From contig JAAVHS010000015.1 of assembly GCA_014799575.1 (NCBI GenBank), positions 143,570-207,569 of the forward strand: DNA of 64,000 nucleotides. Direction: 5' to 3'. Shown piece after piece: positions 41,065-50,207 of this stretch. The notes beneath the pieces are model-generated. The model did no database searches, was not told the DNA's origin, and saw nothing but the letters and a program-made list of their open reading frames with translations. This DNA comes from Clostridiales bacterium. Lineage in GTDB: Bacteria; Bacillota; Clostridia; Christensenellales; UBA3700. Made by a program: the position numbers and the translations under genes. Each line of letters opens with the position of its first letter. The stretch's first letter is position 1.

Positions 41065-41423
41065 CTTATTTTTTTATATTTTATTTTTACTCAAAATATT
41101 TACTACTATAAAAACTTACACCCATCATCATATTTGAATATCTTCTCTGAATTTTTTAGGATCTTTGGGCTCCTTCCACAACTATTCTATAACGATGACG
41201 ACCAGTTACGACGTTATCACCCTCTATAGTCCAATTATCATGTGTAATGATATACACTCTCTCACCCTCTATACATTCTGAGAACATTATTAATCTTAAT
41301 GGCGACTTTATCATAACTCCATAGTAATATTTATTTCAACCAACTTTACTTTGAACTTTGTCCATTTTATATGTATTTTTAGTTTTACAAACAATCCAAA
41401 TAGCTTAATTAGCAATTTTGCTC

Positions 41424-41464
41424 AAAAAAATAAGCAATTAAAATTGATTTAATTGCTTATTTTT
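41424..41464 (-). terminator. Rho-independent (bidirectional-looking) terminator
   Basis: 13-bp stem ataagcaattaaa / tttaattgcttat flanked by A7 and T5. Confidence 0.75.
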
Positions 41465-41487
41465 AACTTTTGCTACTTTTACCTAGT

Positions 41488-41976
41488 TTATTGTTTTATA
41501 ACATTGCCATTTCCATCTAATAAAACAATAGATGTTACCTTCTCTATCCAATCATCGGAATCATGTTTATATCGCATTAATGCACACCAATACTTTTGTT
41601 CTCCATTTGTGCTACAAGATGTGGATATGGTCTTAAAAATATTTAAATCTGTCGTTGTATTGCGACTTTCAAGCGTCATATTGGAAATATATTCTTGAAA
41701 CGTGTAAGATGAATAGAGTTCCACAACAACGGGTATCTTAGAATTGCCTATAGTAAAATCATTCTTCACTGTAGCCGTAACAATACCATCTTTTGCATTA
41801 ATTGAAAGCGATAGTTTTGTATAAATACCTCTAGCGTTATCATTTTCCATCTCTTCGCTTTCGATAGTATCTGCTTGTGCAACGATAGGATTAAAATAAA
41901 AACAAAACAACATAAATGTTAATAGTATAGTAATTGAAATTAAAAAAATTACTTTCGATTTGCCTTTTGTTATCAT
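41488..41976 (-). CDS. Secreted protein, function unknown
   Basis: 162 aa. Signal peptide ending IVAQA/DT. Confidence 0.55.
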   Translation of the reverse strand: MITKGKSKVIFLISITILLTFMLFCFYFNPIVAQADTIESEEMENDNARGIYTKLSLSINAKDGIVTATVKNDFTIGNSKIPVVVELYSSYTFQEYISNMTLESRNTTTDLNIFKTISTSCSTNGEQKYWCALMRYKHDSDDWIEKVTSIVLLDGNGNVIKQ

Positions 41977-42008
41977 AAACTAGTACTCTCCTAAAATGTT
42001 TATAAGTA

Positions 42009-42037
42009 TTATAAACCTTTATCTATCACTTGTCAGT
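42009..42037 (-). promoter_or_regulatory. SigA-type promoter for the 162-aa gene
   Basis: Minus strand CTGACA, 17 nt, TATAAT, ~30 nt upstream of the AGGAG RBS. Confidence 0.55.
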
Positions 42038-42078
42038 CTAGTAAACTTGTATATTCGTCCATATTACATTGTTTTTTA

Positions 42079-42627
42079 TTATTTTTTACGACTTTTGCTT
42101 AAAAAACAAATAAGAGTAACGATAGCTCCTACTAATACCGCAACTAATAATACAAATAAACCTATATTCACTGATTGTGGCATTCTCCAATGTGCGGATT
42201 GTACTGTATCTATTCCTTTATTGGTAGTGAATAATGTAATAGATAATATAAATATTGACAAACCTGCAAAAATAGTAACAATGATTAGCATAATGATACT
42301 TAACTTTTTATGCTTTTTAGGTCGTTTCTCATCTTGCTGAATCTGCTCTTCTACTATTTCATCTTTACTTTTATTATCATTTTCTACACGTTGCGCTTCA
42401 AGCATTGTTGCGCAAGTTTCATTATCTTGCTCTACAAACTCATTTGCGCTTACATTAAATGTTTCACAAATCACTTTTATTCTAGCAAAATTAGGCTTAC
42501 TAGTTCCTAACTCCCAAGATGAAACTGTTTGTTTTGCAACTCCCACTCTATAAGCAAATTCTTCTTGAGATAAACCGTTTTTCTTTCTTGTTTCTCTTAT
42601 CTTGTCGCCTATGTAATTATCTTCCAT
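42079..42627 (-). CDS. XRE-family HTH regulator with C-terminal membrane anchor
   Basis: 182 aa. IRETRKKNGLSQEEFAYRVGVAKQTVSSWELG. Two C-terminal TM helices. Confidence 0.8.
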   Translation of the reverse strand: MEDNYIGDKIRETRKKNGLSQEEFAYRVGVAKQTVSSWELGTSKPNFARIKVICETFNVSANEFVEQDNETCATMLEAQRVENDNKSKDEIVEEQIQQDEKRPKKHKKLSIIMLIIVTIFAGLSIFILSITLFTTNKGIDTVQSAHWRMPQSVNIGLFVLLVAVLVGAIVTLICFLSKSRKK

Positions 42628-42822
42628 TATTTCTCTCGCAAATTATTTTATTATATCAAGTTCATTTGATTTTGTCTTTAATCTTATGTTGTTATTATAC
42701 TATAACTATAATGAATTTTCAAGAACTATCGTTAATTTATTTTGATAGTATAATCTTATCGACATTATCTTCCATTTTTCGACATCCAACATATATAATT
42801 ATAAATATAAAACAATAATTTT

Positions 42823-43006
42823 ACAAGCAACTTTACTCGACATCTTGTCAACTTTAGTTTACATTATGCCGATTTACACTTAACATCTTGTCAACTTTTG
42901 TTTACATTATGTAAACTTACACATAATGATTTGTCAACTTTACTTAACATTGTGTAAACTCACACGCAAAATCATGTTAACTTTACTTAACATTGCGTGA
43001 TTTGTT
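42823..43006. repeat. Array of 4-5 direct repeats, period 42-46 bp (iteron or operator-like)
   Basis: Units start near 42823 (partial), 42841, 42884, 42930 and 42972. Core (c/t)ttgtcaactttNNtt(t/a)acatt(a/g)tg. Unit 2 contains the palindrome tttacat-t-atgtaaa. Confidence 0.75.
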
Positions 43007-43078
43007 ATTAAAAAAATAAAATACACTTTATTGTTTGGTAGAATTAAATATTTTTCTTATTTGAACAAATTTTGAATA

Positions 43079-43591
43079 TTACGGTTTAATTATAATAATT
43101 TCTAAACCTTGATTACGCGCATAATCTATTGTTGATTTAGTTCCCCCATATAGACCATTAAATAACGCTATCATTAGCGATGAATTGTTTACCATAAATC
43201 TATTTCTTTCCAACATACATTCAGGTCCAATATATGTATCAAATTTGCAACGGATTCCGTCTAATTGTTTTAGTAGTTCTCTATATCGTTCTCTATCTTT
43301 ATATTGCCATATTTTATCTTGAGTTTTGCAAGGCAATGCGCCTATGATCTTTATGCCGCTATACTTTTTCTTTAATGCAAGAATTGTTTCCGCGCATATC
43401 ATATCAAAACCAAGCGCCATTCCGCAAAGAAAGGTCCTGTACCCTCTCTCTATTACTTTTTCCAATTCCGTTCGCAATGTTTCTTTCATTACTTTGCAAC
43501 GCTCATCTTCTTCATTAAACCGCCAAGGCAACTTCTGACTCCTATGCCCTGTAAAACATACCGCTCGCTCTTTCTCTATAATTTCACACAT
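43079..43591 (-). CDS. SLOG-fold DUF1273 (YpsA/YoqJ-like) protein
   Basis: 170 aa. CFTGHR, GYRTFLCGMALGFDMICAE, ERNRFMVNNSSLMIALFNG..GGT. Confidence 0.65.
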   Translation of the reverse strand: MCEIIEKERAVCFTGHRSQKLPWRFNEEDERCKVMKETLRTELEKVIERGYRTFLCGMALGFDMICAETILALKKKYSGIKIIGALPCKTQDKIWQYKDRERYRELLKQLDGIRCKFDTYIGPECMLERNRFMVNNSSLMIALFNGLYGGTKSTIDYARNQGLEIIIIKP

Positions 43592-43756
43592 AAAAAATGC
43601 CGCCCTTTGCAGAACGGCACTGTAGATATACCGTCCACCGCAGTCGCCAAACCAAAAGCAGAATTCCCCAACGAGAAAATCAGCGCGATGTAGGTATAGT
43701 TCTACCTATAGCTCGCGTCGGGTACTTTTATATTCTACTTTTAGTTTGGCATATTG

Positions 43757-43785
43757 ATTATATCAAATTACTATTTATGTGTCAA
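43757..43785 (-). promoter_or_regulatory. Consensus SigA promoter driving a ~165-nt leader of the SLOG gene
   Basis: Minus strand TTGACA, 17 nt, TATAAT (plus-strand tgtcaa 43780-43785, attata 43757-43762). Confidence 0.7.
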
Positions 43786-43787
43786 TC

Positions 43788-43815
43788 AAAAGAGCCGTTC
43801 CTTACGGAATGGCCC
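43788..43815 (-). terminator. Rho-independent terminator after ORF 43828-44181
   Basis: Minus-strand GGGCCAUUCC-GUAA-GGAACGGCUC followed by UUUUGAUU. Confidence 0.7.
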
Positions 43816-43827
43816 TTCTGACACTCA

Positions 43828-44181
43828 TTACTTATTCACATCTAATACCCCACTTGAAATCAAGTGATTCTTTACTTTTATAGGAAATACCTTTGCCAAG
43901 TCCATTAGTTCCTTTGTGGATATTTTGTTTTTCACAATGAATTCTATTATCCTTTCTTTAACTAAATCATTCAACTTTGTCTGTGTTCCCATATCCACAA
44001 ATAGTTGTAGTATTTTATAAGCATTTACATTTGCTTTTGAGATTTGGCAACGCGCTTTTCTTAACACAAATTTTCTACCGCCAATCTCAATTTTCCTACA
44101 CTTCATTTCGCCGTTGCTTGTCACAATTTCAACAACGTCAGGCATTTGCGACGTAACTGAAAATTCATTCTGCAATTTCAC
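43828..44181 (-). CDS. C-terminal part of an AbiEi-type (DUF6088-like) protein, tentative
   Basis: 117 aa with a GTG start overlapping the upstream stop (GTGA). FSVTSQMPDVVEIVTSNG..RKIEIGGRKFVLRK resembles the middle of AbiEi-family antitoxins. Confidence 0.4.
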   Translation of the reverse strand: MKLQNEFSVTSQMPDVVEIVTSNGEMKCRKIEIGGRKFVLRKARCQISKANVNAYKILQLFVDMGTQTKLNDLVKERIIEFIVKNKISTKELMDLAKVFPIKVKNHLISSGVLDVNK

Positions 44182-44459
44182 ACCGCTATAAATTCCATAG
44201 ACATTAGAACATACTTTTTGTTCATTACGTCATCAGACGTTATTGTAGGCAATCCTAAATCAGCCTTTTGTGGGATATAATATACCCCACTACTGAATTG
44301 CGCAAGTTCACCAACGGACTTTGACTTATTTATAAGACGAAACACATAAGCGCGCGTATATTCTGCAAACAACTCCAATATCTCGTTCGTAAATATGGGT
44401 TCATTGCTACTGAACTTCTTTTTCAATCTATTGGCAAACGAAACTTGACTTTTATCCAT
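44178..44459 (-). CDS. AbiEi-type N-terminal winged-helix-like protein, tentative
   Basis: 93 aa. FTNEILELFAEYTRAYVFRLINKSKSVGELAQFSSGVYYIP resembles the AbiEi N-terminal domain. Confidence 0.4.
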   Translation of the reverse strand: MDKSQVSFANRLKKKFSSNEPIFTNEILELFAEYTRAYVFRLINKSKSVGELAQFSSGVYYIPQKADLGLPTITSDDVMNKKYVLMSMEFIAV

Positions 44460-44467
44460 ATTTACTC

Positions 44468-47400
44468 TTATCTTCTATTCATAGCCTTTTGCTCTTTCAA
44501 GTAATCGGCATATCTTTCGATTTGATCTTCCCTAAGGTCAATCATATCTTTTGCTGTTCCAAACGCTTGTGCATCCGCTACAATGAGTTCCGTTTCCTTG
44601 ACTTTTATCTTAGAACCGTCGCTAGTCGCATTACGGCGAATATCTTTCATATACTCATCTTCCATTTTATAAAGCGCAACAACCGTGTCTTTCTTGATCG
44701 TCAACTTCAACAATGGATTTGCCGTATTCGGTCCAAAGACTACAAAGTACGTTGACTTCTTCTCTTTGCATTTATCCTTTGAGAGAGCGTAATCTCTAAG
44801 TCCGTCAAAGTACTTCTTCTGTTCTTTACTAAGAGTTGCGTAAGCCTCATCAAGCGTAAGACGTGGAGCAACTTCCTTTTTAGGCTTTGGCGCAGCTGCC
44901 ACCTTAACTTCCTTGATTACCTGTTTTTCAACTACCTTTTCTACAGGCACTTCGACAACCTTTTCTACGACCTTCTCGACTTCGATAGGTACTTCCTTGA
45001 CGACTTCCTTCTCGACTATCTTCTCTACCGGTACTTCAACAACTTTCTCCACTACCTTTTCGACAGGAACTTCAACAACCTTCTCTACGACTTGCGGTTG
45101 ATTGTTTTGGTTGGCAGACAGCTCTAATATCTTTGCCATAAGCAATTCTTGGTTTTTCAACATCTGCTTTATTGTCTCGTCATTTTGTCCGCTTTGCGTT
45201 ACTACTTTAAGTATAGTTTCATCGCTTATGTTTGAAGAAATCGGTTGTAACTTATTAACAAGTTTTTCCAACGTTTCTTCGCTTATGTTGGCGCTTGCGA
45301 CTTCTCTTTCAGCGGGCATCTCAACAAGTTGTTGCATCAACTTCTCAACGCGCCTTTCCGTCTGCTCATTAAGTTTTCTCAATCGTTCTTCATTTTGTGC
45401 GTTCTGCTCCATCAGTTTCTGTACAAACACATCGTTGTTTGCAGTTTCCGAAGGTTTCTCGGCGAGTTGCTTCATAAGTTTCTCATTTTGGTCAATTAGC
45501 TTTTGCACCATCTCATCGTTTGTCGATGCTTGTTGCGGTAACATTTGTTGCATACCTGGGAGCATTGCCGTAACGGTCTCGGATATAAGTCCTCTCATAT
45601 CATCTGCTGTTAAGCCTTGTTGATAAGCAAAACCGCCTTGAGCTCCCGCTCCGCCTGCATTTCCGCCCATCATACCCATGAGCATCATACGCATATTTTC
45701 ATCGCGTTTTTTCTCGTCAAAATCAGCCTTATTGCGATTGTATTCGTCGAGATGATCTTCGTACTCTTCTTCCGCTTTATTGCGTCTTGACTTGGCAATC
45801 AACATCATTACAAACGATACCACTGCCATTACAATCAACACACACGCTATTGCAGTCCATATAGACATTGCCACGCCCAAGAATGCTCCTGCGTACATAC
45901 TCTCCAACTTACTTGCTTTCTTGTTGAACTTCTTTCTCTCTCCGTCATACTTTGCAGTCTTTGATAAGAATACTATAATAAGTATTATGCTTATAAAACT
46001 TGCTATCAACTGCCACAATGGTATTTCTTTGAGTTTCTCTAATATCTCTTCAAGTGAGCCGCCAAATAAGCCTCCACCCTCATTATTGTTGGGGGGATTT
46101 TCGCCGCTTTGGTCTCCGCTGTTTGGATCTTTGTTATCGTCCTCATTAGGAGCATACGTAACTTCTTCCACAACGGAATTACTTGCGTCTATCATTGCAT
46201 AGTTGCTATTGTTAAGTTTAGCGACTACTTTTGCTACTTCCACTCCGTCTGCAATTTCTGCAAGCGTAAGTTCATAGCCATCTTCGTCATAATACGTATA
46301 CGTAAACTCTATATCGCTGTTTCCTCTAACACTCAACTTAGGCAAACCGCTTTCTTCATCTGTCGTCCAATTCAACCTATTTTGCGTTATAGTTGCCTTT
46401 TCAATCTTGACGGTAACAGTGTAACTATCCGTAGTTCCGTCTTCGTCATCCCAACAGAATATTTCTTCATCTTCAAGGCTAATTCTTATGGTGTATTCGC
46501 CCGCATCGGTCAAGTTGCCATCTAGTATTTCAAACTTGACACCCGTAGGCATTTCATCTCCGCTTCTCAAGAATTCTTCGATAGTATGCGGATTTCCGTC
46601 ATAGGTAATTTTCTTGTTGGTATCGAATACAGGTTTTACAATAGATGCGCTCGATCCCGGTCGAAGTACCGTCTTTGGCTCGCCGTATATCTTGATATCG
46701 TCCTCGTAGCCATCTTTAGCGAACAACTCTTTGAAGTATGGAACGCCTGTTTCCATATCTCTAATACCATTTGCAAGAATATTGCCATCGCTGTCTTTAT
46801 ATCTGTAATCTACGTAGGATTTTACCCAATCGTCCAATACTGCCGTAGCGTTGGTATTATTACCTTGCCACTCCAAGTTTATCTCATAAGCCTTTACTCT
46901 TACCAAAGTGGAAGCCGCCGGCCAAACTCCGTCTTGCCAATCTATATTGTCATAATCTAACAAATCAAATACTACTGTGTACTCGCCCGCCTTGATTGCC
47001 TTGTAAGCGTCTCCGTCAAGTCCGTCAAAAGCGCTACCGTCTTTCGTGATGGTAATCGTCATATAATTTTCCCATCCCTCTTCGGTTATGCCAAACATTT
47101 GGGCGAAATCGTGTACTTCTCCGTCAAATACCGTCCAACTCTTGTCAAATACAGGAGTCGGCAATATCTTGACTGAAATGCTCCAATTCAATCTTGTCTG
47201 CAAAGAGCTTGGCATAACTACCGTCTCATAGTTGCTACCCAAGTCAGCGAGTGCGTATTGTATTGAATAATTACCCACTTTGCTCTGTGTACGTTCACCG
47301 CTATTATAAGAGATATAATCTTTCAAGATTTCGGGTACGTTGATAAGTCCGACGGTATATGATGCTTCTCTACCGCTTGCTCTAGTATACGGCAATGCTC

Positions 47401-49978
47401 CCGTATATTCCGTTTCTTCTCCGTCTCCAATTACGTATCCCCATACGATAGCCGACGCATCTACCTTGGCTTTTGCTATGCTCCAAGAAAGCGTAGTCGG
47501 GAAGTTGGGCGCATTGTAATTCTTGGTATCGTAAGAGAACGTAATACGCGCGGTATAGTCGTTGCCCGCATTGGTTTCTTCGTGACCTATTACGCTTATG
47601 CTCAAGCCGTTTATACTGTCCTTACCGACAAGCGTCAACGTATGCGCCGTATTATCATACGTCATCGGATCAATTTCATTGTTGCTTGCATCCAACCACT
47701 TGTTTTGGTCGAAATCATATGTAGCCGCAACGTTGCCGTGTGTATACTGCCATTTGAGTCCGCTCACGTCAAAGTCGGCTTTGATTATCTCGAAATTAAA
47801 TTCCAAACATCCGCTGTCAATATAGTTATCCTCTGCTTTATCGCTATTAAGTACGACTTCTATTCTGTACTTACCCACTTCCGTAGGTTCGCCAATAATA
47901 GGACTAGTAGCTCCGTCCTTGTAGTAATGAAGCGTGATATCTTGCGCTCCTACTCCGCCATCGGCTTGAAGTATCTCTATACTAGGCGAGTATGCGCTAC
48001 CTGTGTATGACAACTGTTTGTCTTGGATATTCTCGCCATTCCATTGCAATTCCAACTTGACAACGAATTTATCCTTACCAATGACGAACGTGTATTCTGC
48101 CGTATCGCCTGTCGATAACTTATAATTCCCGCTATACGCTGTCTTGAGCGTAGCCACTACCCTATACGTGGTCTCTTCTGTTACTTCATCAGGACTCGGC
48201 AACGTGGTAACTTGTTCGCTGCCTTTATAATAAGTATAGTCTACCATGTTCGCTTGTGGAAGATTGTTAAGCGTAGGCCACGTGTATTGAGTCACGTTTC
48301 CGTTGTTGTCATTCTTCCAACTTACGCTGATTGTCGCTTGGATTATCTTCCAACTTACAGAAAATTCGAAGTCATCGCCTATATAAGAAGTCTTATCACT
48401 CGCAATAGGTACGATATAATTATTCACGTAATCTGACGTTATACTAAACGTAACGGTCGTGGTATAGTCGCCCACGGGCGTTTTACTTCTGTCGCCTGTA
48501 TACGTCGCTGTCAAACCTGCGGGCAATACGCCTTGCAATTCCATGCTTTGCGGAGATCCGTTGTATTCTAATTGTTTTACGCTAGGCCAACTCAATCCCG
48601 TCAAATTGTACTTCGCCTTATCTATGCGATAAGACAAAGTATATTGCTTGGTGTAAGTCTCGTAAGTGTTGTCTAAATTCGTTAAATGAACTGTGACTGA
48701 ATATAGCGACGTACTAGCGTTTGTTGCGCTAATATTTCCGCTATATCCGCCCGTAGTACCACTCTTGGTCGTGTCTATCTTGACGCCGTGCGAAGCAAGT
48801 ACGCTGTCGTCTATGCTAAACGTATACGGACTGCCTGTGTATACAACTGAATAATTCGTAGGATAGCCTATTGAAATACTATTGCACAACCAATCAATAT
48901 CTGTGTCTTGTAGCGTAATACCTACTCCGCTGACGTGGAATACCAACGTCTTTGGCGTAGACAACGTGTAATTGCCGTTGGCATTACTACTGCTTGCGTT
49001 AGCCTTTTCGACGTATATCGTATAGTCGCCTTTGGCAATGCCCGTCGGCATTGTTATAGTAGTTGTCTTACCGCTTACTACTTTAATGGTATTGATTTCA
49101 TCGTACTTTGTGCCTGTACCTATACTGTTATTTATATAATATATCTTTAATTCTATTGTATCATTAGTATATGAATCTTCCGTTATCGTTACGGTAGGTT
49201 GAACTCCGTAATTCCAAGTATTGTTGTTTGCATCGCAACTTATTGTGATGCCCAACGCTTTTGGATTTATTGTCACAGGCAATGAAAAACTATCCGTTCC
49301 ACCGCTCGACCACACCATTGAGCTTTTCTCGACTAGCGAAAACGTGACGTAATAAGTACCCGCGTCTTTGACTTTCAATTTACCGTCTTTCAACTCTAAT
49401 ACGCCATCTTTTAACTCTAATATATTATTGTCTTTTTTGATATTATCGATTTTAACGTCATCGCTCAATCCGTTGATGGTAAATTCTTGCAGTTCGCCGT
49501 TATACGACAAAGTATTCGACCCTATGGTCGGCTTTGTCACGGGTTTTGCGGTAATCGAAAGGTCAGGCGTTGCTTTGCAAGTACCTTTCAATTCATAGTT
49601 ATTGTTTGGGTTCATCGTCGCTGTGACGGTATACGTACCTACCGCAGTGGGATATTGGGTATATGTTTCGCCCGTTAAATTGTTTTTGTAAGTAATAGTA
49701 AACGTCGGCGCTCGATCTCCTGTATCGCTGTCGTATATCTTATTGGCGTCAGGGTCGTTGGCAACGACTATAGGCGTGACGGTATAACCTCCGCCGCTCG
49801 ACGTAGGTTTTATCTCACATTCTATAGGTTTTTTCTTGATTGTAAATGTAAATTTTCGAGTTGTAGCGTCTTCACCTTTGCTTACATCGGGGTCGCCTTT
49901 GAACGTAAATTCCGGGTCTTCTTGTAATTTCTGGTCAGAAATCTTCGCCGTCACTGTATAAGTGCCGGCGTCTTTCAT
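44468..49978 (-). CDS. MBG-repeat surface protein, distal part of the DGR target. The frame stays open upstream to 50209.
   Basis: 1836 aa as listed. Repeated AGTY(T/Y)VT...YNG MBG-type units, a TM helix (LWQLIASFISIILIIVFL plus a second helix), and a cytoplasmic tail with EKVVEVPV repeats. No signal peptide and no clear RBS at the listed ATG. Confidence 0.7.
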   Translation of the reverse strand: MKDAGTYTVTAKISDQKLQEDPEFTFKGDPDVSKGEDATTRKFTFTIKKKPIECEIKPTSSGGGYTVTPIVVANDPDANKIYDSDTGDRAPTFTITYKNNLTGETYTQYPTAVGTYTVTATMNPNNNYELKGTCKATPDLSITAKPVTKPTIGSNTLSYNGELQEFTINGLSDDVKIDNIKKDNNILELKDGVLELKDGKLKVKDAGTYYVTFSLVEKSSMVWSSGGTDSFSLPVTINPKALGITISCDANNNTWNYGVQPTVTITEDSYTNDTIELKIYYINNSIGTGTKYDEINTIKVVSGKTTTITMPTGIAKGDYTIYVEKANASSSNANGNYTLSTPKTLVFHVSGVGITLQDTDIDWLCNSISIGYPTNYSVVYTGSPYTFSIDDSVLASHGVKIDTTKSGTTGGYSGNISATNASTSLYSVTVHLTNLDNTYETYTKQYTLSYRIDKAKYNLTGLSWPSVKQLEYNGSPQSMELQGVLPAGLTATYTGDRSKTPVGDYTTTVTFSITSDYVNNYIVPIASDKTSYIGDDFEFSVSWKIIQATISVSWKNDNNGNVTQYTWPTLNNLPQANMVDYTYYKGSEQVTTLPSPDEVTEETTYRVVATLKTAYSGNYKLSTGDTAEYTFVIGKDKFVVKLELQWNGENIQDKQLSYTGSAYSPSIEILQADGGVGAQDITLHYYKDGATSPIIGEPTEVGKYRIEVVLNSDKAEDNYIDSGCLEFNFEIIKADFDVSGLKWQYTHGNVAATYDFDQNKWLDASNNEIDPMTYDNTAHTLTLVGKDSINGLSISVIGHEETNAGNDYTARITFSYDTKNYNAPNFPTTLSWSIAKAKVDASAIVWGYVIGDGEETEYTGALPYTRASGREASYTVGLINVPEILKDYISYNSGERTQSKVGNYSIQYALADLGSNYETVVMPSSLQTRLNWSISVKILPTPVFDKSWTVFDGEVHDFAQMFGITEEGWENYMTITITKDGSAFDGLDGDAYKAIKAGEYTVVFDLLDYDNIDWQDGVWPAASTLVRVKAYEINLEWQGNNTNATAVLDDWVKSYVDYRYKDSDGNILANGIRDMETGVPYFKELFAKDGYEDDIKIYGEPKTVLRPGSSASIVKPVFDTNKKITYDGNPHTIEEFLRSGDEMPTGVKFEILDGNLTDAGEYTIRISLEDEEIFCWDDEDGTTDSYTVTVKIEKATITQNRLNWTTDEESGLPKLSVRGNSDIEFTYTYYDEDGYELTLAEIADGVEVAKVVAKLNNSNYAMIDASNSVVEEVTYAPNEDDNKDPNSGDQSGENPPNNNEGGGLFGGSLEEILEKLKEIPLWQLIASFISIILIIVFLSKTAKYDGERKKFNKKASKLESMYAGAFLGVAMSIWTAIACVLIVMAVVSFVMMLIAKSRRNKAEEEYEDHLDEYNRNKADFDEKKRDENMRMMLMGMMGGNAGGAGAQGGFAYQQGLTADDMRGLISETVTAMLPGMQQMLPQQASTNDEMVQKLIDQNEKLMKQLAEKPSETANNDVFVQKLMEQNAQNEERLRKLNEQTERRVEKLMQQLVEMPAEREVASANISEETLEKLVNKLQPISSNISDETILKVVTQSGQNDETIKQMLKNQELLMAKILELSANQNNQPQVVEKVVEVPVEKVVEKVVEVPVEKIVEKEVVKEVPIEVEKVVEKVVEVPVEKVVEKQVIKEVKVAAAPKPKKEVAPRLTLDEAYATLSKEQKKYFDGLRDYALSKDKCKEKKSTYFVVFGPNTANPLLKLTIKKDTVVALYKMEDEYMKDIRRNATSDGSKIKVKETELIVADAQAFGTAKDMIDLREDQIERYADYLKEQKAMNRR
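44905..45092 (-). repeat. In-frame tandem repeat encoding (V/I)VEKVVEVPVEK units
   Basis: Protein VVEKVVEVPVEKVVEKVVEVPVEKIVEKEVVKEVPIEVEKVVEKVVEVPVEKVVEKQV. The corresponding DNA units recur with small changes. Confidence 0.7.
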
Positions 49979-50090
49979 ATCCGACGGATATGAAAGAGTT
50001 ATGACGTCATTGTTAAACCACTTTTTCTGCTCTGCCGATATATTTGCGATTGTCTGAATGTCGCCGTTATATACGGATTCTACATCCGTC

Positions 50091-50128
50091 GGGCGCTCAG
50101 CGCCCAGAGAGCCAGCGCGAGCGCTGGC
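50091..50128. promoter_or_regulatory. Two GC-rich hairpins just 3' of the VR (DGR target-recognition-like element)
   Basis: gggcgc-tca-gcgccc (50091-50105). gccagcg-cgag-cgctggc (50111-50128). Confidence 0.6.
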
Positions 50129-50149
50129 AGATTTTAGATTAAGATGAAA

Positions 50150-50207
50150 CGCGGGCCGAACCGCGGCCGGCGGCGGTAAACTAACAAGCCGAACGCAGCC
50201 ACGAATA
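50150..50207 (-). repeat. DGR variable repeat (VR), collapsed form
   Basis: 58 nt identical to 52674-52731. Flanked on its 3' side (coding sense) by TTTCATCTTAATC, where the TRs have CTTCACTC(A/G)CTTG (an IMH versus IMH*-like difference). Confidence 0.75.

Noticed and set aside
41156-41314. 52-aa minus-strand ORF in the 420-bp gap upstream of the 1201-aa gene
   Set aside because: The only GGAG is 2 nt from the ATG, which is poor spacing. There is no recognisable motif and the ORF is below the track threshold. Not enough support to call it.
42823-43006. Possible CRISPR array
   Set aside because: The repeats are contiguous, with no unique spacers of comparable length. The units are diverged, and no cas genes are present.
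43597-43821. 74-aa plus-strand ORF in the SLOG leader region
   Set aside because: It overlaps a minus-strand promoter, leader and terminator. It has no RBS, and its composition looks non-coding.
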